This document shows, piece after piece, positions 9,920-19,409 of a stretch of 64,000 nt of DNA. The stretch's first letter is position 1. Each line of letters begins with the position of its first letter. The notes under the pieces are model-generated. The model saw nothing but the letters and a program-made list of their open reading frames with translations. It searched no databases and was not told the DNA's origin. Made by a program: the position numbers and the translations under genes. The stretch lies in the IMG/VR virus record IMGVR_UViG_3300045988_120652. One strand, written 5' to 3'. This stretch comes from a virus.

Positions 9920-10876
9920 ATGGCTAAATCAAATCCTATCAAAGCGCGAGAAGAACTGGTGCGCAGTCAGCCCACCATCTACTCTTTCAACTTCCGTGAT
10001 GTGCCTTCAAGCAAGTATGTTGAGACACTGGACGTGCTTTTTCATAATCCGGATTATAGCGAAGCCGTTGAGAAGCGCAATCGACTTGTAAAGTCTGCCG
10101 AACGTCTGCGTACTGGTTCAAGTGAAATGGCAAATCTTGTGCGTACCATCCAGCAGCATGACCGCAAATTGGCGGACACCATGTATGCCTCCATCGTGCA
10201 GACAAATCTACATTCAGAGGTTAGCTATGATTTTCTTTCGTTCGGCACTCTACTGAAGTACTACGTTGATTACAAGAAGGACGGTATGCGTGAGCGTGTT
10301 GACCGCATGGCAGCTAATCTTGATAAGGTTACGTTCCTCGCCGACATGCTTGAGAGTATTGTTACTGACGTGAAAGCCGATATGCGGGAGGTGTTTGATG
10401 GCAGCATTGAGTTCAATCAGTTTGATGCGGTACTGCAGGTCCTTACTCAATTAAGAGGATTCTTTAAGTCTGCCCGACGTGGCGATGCTGATTCGCCCGA
10501 AGCCCAACTTTATTTCGATTACTCCGACTCCATCAACGAGTATATCGAGAAACGACTGAAAACGTACACTGCCAAATATCGCAAGATACATCCTGTGGCT
10601 AAGGTCTACACCGAAGCCGACCTTGTGGAAGGTCTCAATCAGTTCTTTGGTCGTAATGATAAGTTCGACATGAGCGTTATCGGTCATACCGAGTCAGGAG
10701 GTTGCTATATTGACTTGGCGCAGCTCTGTCTCCGTCTTAGTCGTAATGACATCGAGAAGATAGAAAAAGTGGTTGGAAAGATGCAGTCTAACAACATGAC
10801 CGATGCCGCATTGCGCTACAGCTTCAATGCCACTGATTTAATTATGAGTCAATACAAACGGCCCAAACCAAAATAA
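9920..10876 (+). CDS. Hypothetical protein
   Basis: 318-aa ORF in the co-oriented gene string. No recognisable motif. Confidence 0.5.
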   Translation: MAKSNPIKAREELVRSQPTIYSFNFRDVPSSKYVETLDVLFHNPDYSEAVEKRNRLVKSAERLRTGSSEMANLVRTIQQHDRKLADTMYASIVQTNLHSEVSYDFLSFGTLLKYYVDYKKDGMRERVDRMAANLDKVTFLADMLESIVTDVKADMREVFDGSIEFNQFDAVLQVLTQLRGFFKSARRGDADSPEAQLYFDYSDSINEYIEKRLKTYTAKYRKIHPVAKVYTEADLVEGLNQFFGRNDKFDMSVIGHTESGGCYIDLAQLCLRLSRNDIEKIEKVVGKMQSNNMTDAALRYSFNATDLIMSQYKRPKPK

Positions 10877-10884
10877 TAACCATT

Positions 10885-11619
10885 ATGCCTAACATTTACC
10901 TTCGCCTACCCACCAGCCGTTGCCAGTTTTTCCGCAATCGTGAGCCTAAGCACGTGCTTGCCAAGGACGAGCCGTTGGTGTTTAGTCCGTATATGCCTCA
11001 CCACTTCGTACTGCGCAAGTATATAACCAACATTCCTGCCGTTGCACAAAAGGTGAACCCGCAATGCTTCTCACATCAACAATGGCGTAACATGATGCAA
11101 GGCAAACACCCCAACGGTGGTGAGATTGTCACAAAGCGCGATTCGCATGAATATTTGTCTTTTGACGAGGTGCAACGGTTTTATGGAATACAGGAATACT
11201 CTAAAAGTGACAAAGAAGACTATTTGTGTATAAAGCTACCTTCGGAGGTAGAGGTGATAGACGTGGTTCGTCAGGTCACGCCGGCATGGAATCTGAGTAC
11301 GCGCGGCATCCGTCAGTTGCTTATCATGCTGAACGACGATTTTAAGCGTAGTGTCGTAGAATGGGCTTTAGCCACATTCGACTATTGCACATCCAACAAG
11401 CGTATAATTTGCCGTCGTCAGACAGCCATGCTTGAGCGTTTCTTGATGCGCTATGGCATAGACCAGAACGAGAACGAAAAAGACACCATGCGTCGCATCA
11501 TCAATCGATGGCTAAGCTCGGATCATAGCAATTTCAAAGCCTATTCATGCGCTGATATGCAGTACATAGATGAAAGCGAGAAGGTTTACTTCGTAGATGA
11601 TGTATTGTTCGATGATTAG
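10885..11619 (+). CDS. Hypothetical protein
   Basis: 244-aa ORF, 8 nt after the preceding stop. No recognisable motif. Confidence 0.5.
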   Translation: MPNIYLRLPTSRCQFFRNREPKHVLAKDEPLVFSPYMPHHFVLRKYITNIPAVAQKVNPQCFSHQQWRNMMQGKHPNGGEIVTKRDSHEYLSFDEVQRFYGIQEYSKSDKEDYLCIKLPSEVEVIDVVRQVTPAWNLSTRGIRQLLIMLNDDFKRSVVEWALATFDYCTSNKRIICRRQTAMLERFLMRYGIDQNENEKDTMRRIINRWLSSDHSNFKAYSCADMQYIDESEKVYFVDDVLFDD

Positions 11620-11688
11620 GGCAATGTAAACAAGAGTTAAATTGAAGTTTAAAACAAGTTAAAAAACAACCATTTTAGGTGTACAAAA

Positions 11689-12180
11689 ATGCAACTACCC
11701 AATAAATGCAAAGAATTGTTCCTTGATGGCATTACCGATGTAATGTTTTATCCAATGGAAGAGTGTGTAATCCCTGTGCCGTTCAATATGGCACAAGTGT
11801 TATATATCAATAATTGTAGTTTGCCTGCCGAGCCTGCTTTGCGCTTGGCTACGAGTGGCGAAAACTACGTTATTGTAGAGAATCTTAAAGTGAAGATGAC
11901 GCTCGCCAAACAGGGCAATGGCACTATATATACCTATGATATTAGTGCTAATGTGGTAAATGGAGGCGAAAATGTGCGTGAAGCCTACAGAAATATGCGC
12001 GATAAGGAGTATTATGTGGTGTTGCGCAAGCTGGACGGTTCGTTGCAGTTATGCTACACCCTACCCCATACATTCGGTATTGGTGGCACCTCGGATAATA
12101 GCCAGACTGAGTTGGCGCGAACCTTCACAGCCACCACACAAGCCTTGTCGGAGCCAATACCTATCACGCTTCGAGAATAA
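11689..12180 (+). CDS. Hypothetical protein
   Basis: 163-aa ORF followed by a strong terminator. Confidence 0.5.
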   Translation: MQLPNKCKELFLDGITDVMFYPMEECVIPVPFNMAQVLYINNCSLPAEPALRLATSGENYVIVENLKVKMTLAKQGNGTIYTYDISANVVNGGENVREAYRNMRDKEYYVVLRKLDGSLQLCYTLPHTFGIGGTSDNSQTELARTFTATTQALSEPIPITLRE

Positions 12181-12224
12181 AAGATGTGAGCCATTTTTTT
12201 TGATACCTTATAATATAATGTTTG

Positions 12225-12257
12225 AGCCGCTATTCGTGAGAATGGCGGCTTTTTTTG
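12225..12257 (+). terminator. Intrinsic terminator (GTGA tetraloop hairpin plus T7)
   Basis: AGCCGCTATTC-GTGA-GAATGGCGGCT followed by TTTTTTT. Confidence 0.75.
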
Positions 12258-12282
12258 TCCTAATGTTAAAAACCTTGGTCTT

Positions 12283-12290
12283 TAATTTTG
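12283..12290 (+). promoter_or_regulatory. -7 promoter element TAATTTTG upstream of the head-module operon
   Basis: TAnnTTTG match between the terminator at 12225 and the 12365 start. Confidence 0.45.
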
Positions 12291-12364
12291 CATACGGATA
12301 ACATAGGCAACCAGGTAAAAGGGTTGTATTCAGGATAACACAACACAAAACACAGATTTTACTA

Positions 12365-14056
12365 ATGAAAGGCTTATTTGAAATACTTACCGAAAAGAAG
12401 TGGATGGTCAGTCCCGACTTTGTGCATGGTATTCGCAAGTCGCTTGAGCATAATCTGAATACTCATGCGACTTTCAGCAAGCCGGAGAAGACTTGTGGCT
12501 ATGTCACAGCTAAGGATAAGGATGGCAACATCTATTATCCAGAGGAATATCAGGTTTCAGAGGATGGTACACAGGTGAGAGGCAACTGGTGTCTGGGCCT
12601 CCCTGCTGATGACGAGGATGCGCAGACGTTTCCTTTCGTTTCGGTTCTTACTGTTGACGGCCCTATCACACGCAACGGCGGCTATTGTTCGTATGGTTCA
12701 ATAGACCATCGCGACATGATGATGCGAGCAGCCGATCATCCTCTTTGTCGTGGTCATGTTTTCATCATCAACACTCCTGGCGGTTCTGCTTGGGCAAAGA
12801 ACGATTATGCTCTTGCCATCGACTATGCCCACTCAAAGGGTCAGAAGGTTATAGCCTTGGTTGATGGTCTTTGTGCTTCAGCTGGTATGTACTTCGCTTC
12901 GCTTTGCGACGAACGCTATTACATGAATACGAAAGACCAGGTTGGTTGCATCGGTGTAATGGCAGCGTTCTATACTCTTGCCGATGGCACGGTAAATCAG
13001 TTTACCGATGAAACTTATCACGAGCTTTATGATCCGAAGTCGTTTGACAAGAACAAGGCTTATCGCGACCTCGCTAATAAGGATGATGACAAGGAACTTA
13101 TCAAGGAACTTGCTGATCTTGGTGTTGAGTTCCGTGCCGACGTAAAGAAAGCTTGCCCTAATGCTACCGACAAACATCTGCATGGCAAGGTGTTTAATGC
13201 CGAGGACGTGAAGGGCATTCTGATGGATGGTCAGTCATCATTTATGGGAGTGGTGCAACATGCCTTTGAACTTTATGATGGCAGAGCCGAACTTATCAAC
13301 CGTGAGCAGACGGTTGAGCCACAGAACGAGCCGGAGAATGAGCCGGAACCAGAGAAACCGGAAGCAACCAACACAAACACTAATATAAATATGGAGAAAT
13401 ATCCTCTTATTTGCAAAGCTTGTGGATTGCAGGCTGGCGAGATTGCCGTTACTGAGGAGGGCGCGTATATGAACGCCTCGCTTCTTGACTCTCTCGAAGC
13501 TCACATGAAGGAAGTCGAGCAGAAGGTGACTGATGCCGAGCTGAAAGCCACCACAGCGGAGAACGCTCTCGCAGAATTGCAGGGCAAGTTTGATGAACTC
13601 TCCGCCAATGTAAACGCAGCCAACGAAGCAAAAGCAGTCGCGGAGACCGCACTCGCCCAGGCTAACGAGGCTCACAGTACAGAACTAAGCGACCTTAACG
13701 CACAGCACACCGAGGCTCTTGCCAAGAAGGACGACGAGCTGAAAGCTCTCGCCGAGGCAAAGGGCAAGGAGATTGCCCAGCTCACAGCCGACAAGACTGA
13801 TGCCGAGGCAAACCTTCAGACTGCTAAGGACGCACTCGCCACAGCCGAGCAGTCGCTTGCCGACAAACAGGCTCAGATAGCTGCCCTCACCAATGAGGCT
13901 GGCGAAGAGCTAAACAGCGGCGAGGCTCCTGAGAACAATGGCGAGGGAGCTAACATAAAACATGCTCAGACCGGCTATCCAAAATGGAACCAAGCCGATC
14001 CCGTAGGCTCAAAGAAGGCTATCGACGAATACAAACGTAAGAACGGTATCCTTTAA
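12365..14056 (+). CDS. Prohead protease of the S49 (SppA/ClpP-fold) family fused to a coiled-coil scaffold-like C-terminal half
   Basis: IINTPGGSAWAKNDYALAIDYAHSKGQKVIALVDGLCASAGMYFASLCDERY matches the S49 peptidase core with its nucleophile Ser context. The C-terminal ~200 aa are Ala/Glu/Lys-rich heptad-like sequence. The gene lies directly upstream of the capsid gene. Confidence 0.75.
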   Translation: MKGLFEILTEKKWMVSPDFVHGIRKSLEHNLNTHATFSKPEKTCGYVTAKDKDGNIYYPEEYQVSEDGTQVRGNWCLGLPADDEDAQTFPFVSVLTVDGPITRNGGYCSYGSIDHRDMMMRAADHPLCRGHVFIINTPGGSAWAKNDYALAIDYAHSKGQKVIALVDGLCASAGMYFASLCDERYYMNTKDQVGCIGVMAAFYTLADGTVNQFTDETYHELYDPKSFDKNKAYRDLANKDDDKELIKELADLGVEFRADVKKACPNATDKHLHGKVFNAEDVKGILMDGQSSFMGVVQHAFELYDGRAELINREQTVEPQNEPENEPEPEKPEATNTNTNINMEKYPLICKACGLQAGEIAVTEEGAYMNASLLDSLEAHMKEVEQKVTDAELKATTAENALAELQGKFDELSANVNAANEAKAVAETALAQANEAHSTELSDLNAQHTEALAKKDDELKALAEAKGKEIAQLTADKTDAEANLQTAKDALATAEQSLADKQAQIAALTNEAGEELNSGEAPENNGEGANIKHAQTGYPKWNQADPVGSKKAIDEYKRKNGIL

Positions 14057-14112
14057 AACACAACAACACAAGACAATTAAAAGCACAACCAACACAAAAA
14101 TTAAACAAGACT

Positions 14113-15402
14113 ATGGCAACACCTAAAGACTTTATTGGTATCAGCGCACTTCAGGAAGTGGCTAATCAGGTATTCGCAAGTGTAGTACAGGGTCCTGCTT
14201 TTGCTAATCCCGAGGAGATGAAGCGACTCGGCATCAAGACTATTAGCGGAGTCCAGTACAAGCGCACAATGAACGTGTTCGTCCGCAAGGGTGGCACTAC
14301 TCGCCGTAAGGACATGAACCCGACCATGAACGGCACAATCGGATTCCTCAAGGAGCGTGTTTTGACAGCTAAACTCGCCTGGTTTAAGGGTACTGACAAT
14401 ATCGACCGCTACTGTGAGACAGTATTCGGCGTAAACGCACAGGGTGCTTATCCTCTCTCTACCGTGGCAGTGGAAGCAGTAATCAAGACTCACGCCGACG
14501 ACCTTTACAACAACCTCTGGTGGGGCGACATCGACAACGACGTGCCAGGTGCATCGGAGGAGAAGAAGGCAATGGGCCTTTACGACGGTTTCATCACTTG
14601 CATCAAGCACGACATCGAGGACGGCATCATCAGTGAGGCTAACCATAACCTCATTCACTGTGAGGCAATCTCGGCTCCTGCCGACGCTACTGACTCATCG
14701 GCTTACAAGAACTTCCGTGAGGCTTATATGAGCCTTGATCCACGTCTGCGTCGTCAGAAGGTTTACGCCTATATGACTCCCGAGACTGCCATCAACATTG
14801 CTGACGGCTACGCTCTTCAGTCATACGGCACACACAAGCTCAATGTTGTGGACGGTGGCAACTACGTCATCCCCGAACTGCCTAAGCTCACCATCGCGCC
14901 GGTTGAGGGCATGGGCGCAGGCGACCGCATCATCTTCTCAGTAGAGGGCAACCTTATCTATGCTGTTGACACCGAGAGCAACCAAACTTTCGTTGAAGTG
15001 GCTCTTGGCTCTGACAACGATTTGAGAGACGTTGTTTTTCAGTGTCAATCAATACAGGGATCAATGGTGGCCTCTACGCTGGCTTCCTCGTTTGCCGTCA
15101 CAGACGGTTCGCTTGAGAGCACAGACTTCCAGTCGGGCGACTACACCCACTCTAACCTTGTCGTTACTCTTGCTCATTCTGACTCAGACACAGGCAAGAT
15201 TGACGCAAAGGTTAAGGTGGACGGCGTAGAATACAAGACTCCGATTGAGACGACTCCAAACCAGATTATCTCTCTCGTAGCTGAAGACAGCACAACTTAC
15301 AAGTTTGTGTCATGGAGCAACGGCAAGACCGATAAGACAATCCAGCTTACCGCTTCCGGTATGAACATGGGCTTGACAGCCTTCTTCAAGAAGAACGGCT
15401 AA
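14113..15402 (+). CDS. Putative major capsid protein with a C-terminal decoration-like domain
   Basis: The call rests on position directly after the protease-scaffold gene and on size (429 aa). The C-terminal ~70 aa (YKFVSWSNGKTDKTIQLTASGMNMGLTAFF) resemble a divergent InlB B-repeat/Ig-like module. The fold was not verified. Confidence 0.55.
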   Translation: MATPKDFIGISALQEVANQVFASVVQGPAFANPEEMKRLGIKTISGVQYKRTMNVFVRKGGTTRRKDMNPTMNGTIGFLKERVLTAKLAWFKGTDNIDRYCETVFGVNAQGAYPLSTVAVEAVIKTHADDLYNNLWWGDIDNDVPGASEEKKAMGLYDGFITCIKHDIEDGIISEANHNLIHCEAISAPADATDSSAYKNFREAYMSLDPRLRRQKVYAYMTPETAINIADGYALQSYGTHKLNVVDGGNYVIPELPKLTIAPVEGMGAGDRIIFSVEGNLIYAVDTESNQTFVEVALGSDNDLRDVVFQCQSIQGSMVASTLASSFAVTDGSLESTDFQSGDYTHSNLVVTLAHSDSDTGKIDAKVKVDGVEYKTPIETTPNQIISLVAEDSTTYKFVSWSNGKTDKTIQLTASGMNMGLTAFFKKNG

Positions 15403-15526
15403 TCTTTCAACGGAGTTTCTTTCACTCTATATTTTCAAGGGCGATGGTCGTGGCTGACCTGACGGAATATGCGAACCCGTCGCCCTTCTTTTTAATCAAC
15501 ACAACAACACAAAAACTTATAAGAAT

Positions 15527-16090
15527 ATGGCAGTAACAGCAACATGTCCTGAGATTAAGGACGTTCTCGCAGCTAATGAATGTCTTGAGAACTTTGGTGG
15601 TCTTGGTGTCAATGTCTACGTCTTCAATAAGGCAGACCTTAAAGCTCCCTTGAAGGCCGAAAAGAACATCTACCCTGCATTGACCTCTGAGTCGTTCAAC
15701 ACTGGTAAAGGTCTTTACAAATTCGAGTGTAAGGAGAGTAGCCAGGGTCACTCTTTTGAGTCACTTGGCCGAAGAGGCGGTTATAAACAGACGATTGACT
15801 ATGTACTCGAAAGCGTAAACGCAGAGTCGGCAGAAGTGGCACGTGCTCTGAACAACCTCGATCTTGGCTACATCTTCCAGGATGGTGAGAAGAGCATCAT
15901 CGTGTATGATTCTCAGCATAAGGTGGAGTATGCCTCTGGTGGCATTAAGGGCGACACGGGCAAGAAATCTGACGATGACCGTAGCGTTGTTTGTAGCGGA
16001 ACTCTCCAGCCTACAGCCTACGGACGTTATGAGATTCCAGAGCCTGAGACCGGCGGTTGGGACTCGCTTCTCGCTTCAAAAAAAGAGTAA
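15527..16090 (+). CDS. Virion structural protein (possibly tail tube). A possible -1 frameshift extension would run to 16212
   Basis: 187-aa ORF after the capsid gene. It ends in TCA AAA AAA GAG TAA, with a hairpin 6 nt downstream (see the next feature). Confidence 0.45.
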   Translation: MAVTATCPEIKDVLAANECLENFGGLGVNVYVFNKADLKAPLKAEKNIYPALTSESFNTGKGLYKFECKESSQGHSFESLGRRGGYKQTIDYVLESVNAESAEVARALNNLDLGYIFQDGEKSIIVYDSQHKVEYASGGIKGDTGKKSDDDRSVVCSGTLQPTAYGRYEIPEPETGGWDSLLASKKE

Positions 16091-16124
16091 GCGATATTGA
16101 CGCACAGAGCGAGGACAATATCGC
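16078..16124 (+). promoter_or_regulatory. Candidate programmed -1 ribosomal frameshift signal
   Basis: A AAA AAA heptamer at 16078-16084 in the zero frame, a 6-nt spacer, then a 9-bp stem GCGATATTG/CAATATCGC (16091-16099 / 16116-16124). The -1 frame stays open for 42 codons (RVSDIDAQSEDNIAKEVLDDADSSFFSTSDEEEGTTAKKSKK) to TAA at 16210-16212. Confidence 0.4.
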
Positions 16125-16249
16125 AAAAGAAGTGCTCGACGATGCCGATTCTTCTTTTTTCAGCACAAGTGACGAAGAGGAAGGAACAACGGCAAAGAAG
16201 AGCAAGAAATAATCGCTCATACGAGGAAGGTTTTTCATCATACGACAAA

Positions 16250-16298
16250 ATCCCTGCATCAATCCTTTATATAAAAGGTATTGATGCAGGGATTTTTT
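16250..16298 (+). terminator. Intrinsic terminator upstream of the LysR cassette
   Basis: 14-bp stem ATCCCTGCATCAAT / ATTGATGCAGGGAT followed by a T-run. Confidence 0.75.
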
Positions 16299-16384
16299 AT
16301 TATACACATATTAGTATTTTGACAAAATAATACTAAAATTAGTATTTTTAATACCAAAGCGAAACCAAATACGATAAATGTCTG

Positions 16385-16392
16385 TAATTTTG
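16385..16392 (+). promoter_or_regulatory. -7 promoter element TAATTTTG for the LysR gene
   Basis: TAnnTTTG match about 67 nt upstream of ATG 16459. Confidence 0.45.
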
Positions 16393-16458
16393 CAATTAAG
16401 AAAGATTTTTTGATTATGTTTTGTTATAAGCGTAGTATAACTAAAACTTATAGGATTT

Positions 16459-17385
16459 ATGGAACTAAGACATTTGCGTTCGTTTGTAAACGTAGCTGAA
16501 ACCAAGTTATTTAGTATGGCAGCCACACGTTGTTGCGTTACCCAGTCGGCGGTAAGCCAGCACATTCGTGCCCTGGAGGACGAGTTGGGCTGCAAATTGC
16601 TTATCCGCACATCACACGGCATTATGCTCACCGAAAGCGGCGAAGCCCTGTTGCCTCGTGCAAAAGAAATACTGAAACAGACCGAGGACTGCAAAGAGCA
16701 AATCTATGCCCTCAACAACTGCATGACGGGCGAACTGCGTATAGGCGTAGGCTCGTTTATATCTCCATACATCCGCATGGCAGCATTGATATTCATGGAG
16801 AGATATCCAAACGTCCGTATCAATGCCGACTTCACCAAAGCCTACCTTCTCAACCAATCACTAAGGGCGCACATGTTAGACCTCGCCTTCACCATGAACA
16901 TGGCATACAGCCACGAAGGTATAGAGACTATACCCTGCATACCTTTTAACGTATATGCCATCATGCGCGACACCCATCCGCTTGCCTCGCTCTCAAAGGT
17001 GTCGTATGAGGACATTCTGAAGCACCCAATCATCATGCCCGACATAGGCGAACGTGCCATTGAGACTTTTCATCAATACATACAGCGCGACCTATATAAG
17101 CTCAACATTAAGTGCATCATCAGCGACCCCGACGAAGCCCTTGCCTCGGTGGAAGAAACCAAGTATATAACCTTCATGCCTAAGCTCTACCTGCGCAACC
17201 ACCCTACCCTTGTGGCGCGTCCCATCGTCGGACTCGAACAGCAGTTGATGAGCAACGCCCACTGTATGCAGGACGTACCTAAGAAGCGAGCTGCACAACT
17301 CTTCCTCGACATCATCCGCGACGAGGTAGTGCCATACATTTCCGTAGCCGAAGAGTCGCAAGGGAAGTTCACACCGCCACCTTGA
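16459..17385 (+). CDS. LysR-family transcriptional regulator
   Basis: N-terminal winged HTH MELRHLRSFVNVAETKLFSMAATRCCVTQSAVSQHIRALEDELGCKLLIRTSHGIMLTESGEAL is the canonical LysR signature. The remaining ~200 aa look like a substrate-binding-like domain. Confidence 0.9.
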   Translation: MELRHLRSFVNVAETKLFSMAATRCCVTQSAVSQHIRALEDELGCKLLIRTSHGIMLTESGEALLPRAKEILKQTEDCKEQIYALNNCMTGELRIGVGSFISPYIRMAALIFMERYPNVRINADFTKAYLLNQSLRAHMLDLAFTMNMAYSHEGIETIPCIPFNVYAIMRDTHPLASLSKVSYEDILKHPIIMPDIGERAIETFHQYIQRDLYKLNIKCIISDPDEALASVEETKYITFMPKLYLRNHPTLVARPIVGLEQQLMSNAHCMQDVPKKRAAQLFLDIIRDEVVPYISVAEESQGKFTPPP

Positions 17386-17414
17386 TAGTCATTAGATTTT
17401 CTTATAATGAACCG

Positions 17415-17443
17415 AGCCTCACGTTAGCAGCGTGAGGCTTTTT
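17415..17443 (+). terminator. Intrinsic terminator after the LysR gene
   Basis: AGCCTCACG-TTAGCAG-CGTGAGGCT followed by TTTTT. Confidence 0.75.
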
Positions 17444-17527
17444 AATTTTAGTATTAGCCGAAATTATATGTTATCCCATAGCAAGAACACTTAATAAGAA
17501 ACTCTTCGCCCCCACCACTTTCTCCCA

Positions 17528-17535
17528 TACCTTTG
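17528..17535 (+). promoter_or_regulatory. -7 promoter element TACCTTTG
   Basis: TAnnTTTG match 15 nt upstream of ATG 17550. Confidence 0.4.
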
Positions 17536-17549
17536 CAATAAGTTCAATA

Positions 17550-18095
17550 ATGAACGAAACCAACCAAACACAAACAACTATGCAGATTAAAACTAATGAC
17601 GGCAACTATGATGTTGCCAGCAAGGGACTCGGCAACACAGCCTTGGGTCTCGGCATCGCAGGCTTGGCAACGAGCCTATTGGGAGGCAGCGCCTCGCTTC
17701 TGGGCATTGGAAGGAACAACGGCATGACAGCCAACCCGTCCGACCCTGACGCGCGTTTCGTAACTAAGAGTGAGACTAACCTTATCCAGGAGAACAGCAC
17801 TCTGAAGACCGAACTCGCCATTCAGAAGAGCGAGAACTACACCGACAAGAAGCTCGTGGAAGTGACACAGTATCTCGACGCGAAGTTGCGCCGTGTGGAA
17901 GACAAAGTGGATGCAAACAAGGATGCGCAGCAAGCCGTCAACGCACAGCAGATGGCTTACAATGCGGCTGCTAACGCCAGCATCGACGTGCTCAAGTCGC
18001 AGGTGGCATCGTTGTCGAGCGTAACCAAGCTGTTCATCCCTTCAACCAACGTATGCCAGACCGGTTGCGGTTGCGGTTGCGGATGCAATCAGTAA
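17550..18095 (+). CDS. Membrane-anchored coiled-coil protein with a C-terminal (Gly-Cys)4 tail
   Basis: Gly/Ala/Leu-rich hydrophobic segment (GLGNTALGLGIAGLATSLLGGSASLLGIG), then heptad-like sequence, ending CQTGCGCGCGCNQ. The tail is encoded by GGTTGC x3 plus GGATGC (18063-18086). Confidence 0.55.
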   Translation: MNETNQTQTTMQIKTNDGNYDVASKGLGNTALGLGIAGLATSLLGGSASLLGIGRNNGMTANPSDPDARFVTKSETNLIQENSTLKTELAIQKSENYTDKKLVEVTQYLDAKLRRVEDKVDANKDAQQAVNAQQMAYNAAANASIDVLKSQVASLSSVTKLFIPSTNVCQTGCGCGCGCNQ

Positions 18096-18121
18096 GAGAA
18101 TGACGTAATCCAGTTATATAT

Positions 18122-18544
18122 ATGGAATACAAAAACTCACAGATCTTGGCGGCAGTCGTGTCCGAATGGGCACGACCCGCCATTTCGCAGATAGCTGCAG
18201 GCAACCTCATGCGCCTACCTATGCTTCAGTCTCTGCAAGCCACCATCAGCTCGTTAGGCATTGTCAGTGGCAACTATGCCCTACAGAAGGACATCGAACC
18301 ACTCATTCAGCCCATCGTCAACTCGCTCGTCGCACCTATGCTTGCCCGATATTTCGGTCAGATACCCGAAGAGAGCATACCGCAGATGGCACACGACTTA
18401 GTGGAGAAGATGCGAGGTAACGGACCGCTGTCGGTGCTCGAAGGCATGGTGACGTTTGAGGAGGAAGACCTCAACGAGCTTGCCGATCTTCTTGACAAGA
18501 ACCTTCCCGTAGAGCAGACGCAAGGCTATCAGGTAAAACATTGA
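18122..18544 (+). CDS. Hypothetical protein
   Basis: 140-aa ORF in an operon-like string. No motif recognised. Confidence 0.45.
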   Translation: MEYKNSQILAAVVSEWARPAISQIAAGNLMRLPMLQSLQATISSLGIVSGNYALQKDIEPLIQPIVNSLVAPMLARYFGQIPEESIPQMAHDLVEKMRGNGPLSVLEGMVTFEEEDLNELADLLDKNLPVEQTQGYQVKH

Positions 18545-18602
18545 ACAGAGTAACAAACCAAGCGGCGGCAAGCATCGTCGCTATAATAAAACAAAAACGA
18601 TT

Positions 18603-19031
18603 ATGAACAAACGTACCATTCCGGCTATCATCATAGCCACACTTGCGGCAGGTGCAACCGCCGCCGCACCCTATTATGATGTCAACATCACACAGCAGCT
18701 CTGCACACCGGCTTGTGTAGACGAGACACCCGTGTTCGCTCCGAAGTTTTCCGTCAAGAGCATTGCCAACGTAGGCACATCACAGTATATCATCGTCATT
18801 CACGTTGAGGGCGTAATAAGCTACATCCCTTGCAACTGCGGCTCGTGCTGCACACGCTCACAAGTGGTGTCGCAAGACTTCACCATACCCGTGTTCAGCG
18901 CCACCGCCATCAATTCGGCAACAATAGCAGTGGGAACCGTCCAGAACGGCATTGCACGCATATCGTGCTGCAACTGCTCCAAGACTTTTGTTTCCGACTG
19001 TCCCGTAACGCTCACCATTGTAACTACATAA
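18603..19031 (+). CDS. Secreted cysteine-rich protein
   Basis: N-terminal signal-like segment MNKRTIPAIIIATLAAGATAAA. Clustered Cys residues follow (CTPAC, CNCGSCC, CCNCS, DC). Confidence 0.5.
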   Translation: MNKRTIPAIIIATLAAGATAAAPYYDVNITQQLCTPACVDETPVFAPKFSVKSIANVGTSQYIIVIHVEGVISYIPCNCGSCCTRSQVVSQDFTIPVFSATAINSATIAVGTVQNGIARISCCNCSKTFVSDCPVTLTIVTT

Positions 19032-19035
19032 AGCC

Positions 19036-19335
19036 ATGATAGTTCTGATAGCTATAGCCACCATGATAGCCGCCACGCTCGCCCAACACCTCGGACTGGC
19101 CGAAGCCATTGCCCGTGTTGTTGACAAGGTGGCATCGTGCCCTCAGTGTTTCACCTTTTGGGTTACAATGTCGGCATTGCTCTACCTCGGCCACGATGTC
19201 TACACATCGGCATTGGCGGCTATTGTGGTGGCGTATCTGTCAAACTGGTTTGTGTTGTTGCTGCTTATTCTTCAACGAAAATTCACAAAGCTATATGAAA
19301 AAGAAAGACACACAACCGACCGCCTCGACCATTGA
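19036..19335 (+). CDS. Small integral membrane protein (about 3 TM segments)
   Basis: The 99-aa ORF is mostly hydrophobic (MIVLIAIATMIAATLAQ..., FWVTMSALLYLG..., ALAAIVVAYLSNWFVLLLLIL). Confidence 0.5.
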   Translation: MIVLIAIATMIAATLAQHLGLAEAIARVVDKVASCPQCFTFWVTMSALLYLGHDVYTSALAAIVVAYLSNWFVLLLLILQRKFTKLYEKERHTTDRLDH

Positions 19336-19409
19336 GGCAAAGGCAGAAAGCAAGCCCGAGGCGCAGACATTCTTTCCTATATTGCATGTCTCTGTGCAAA
19401 AAAGTCTGA

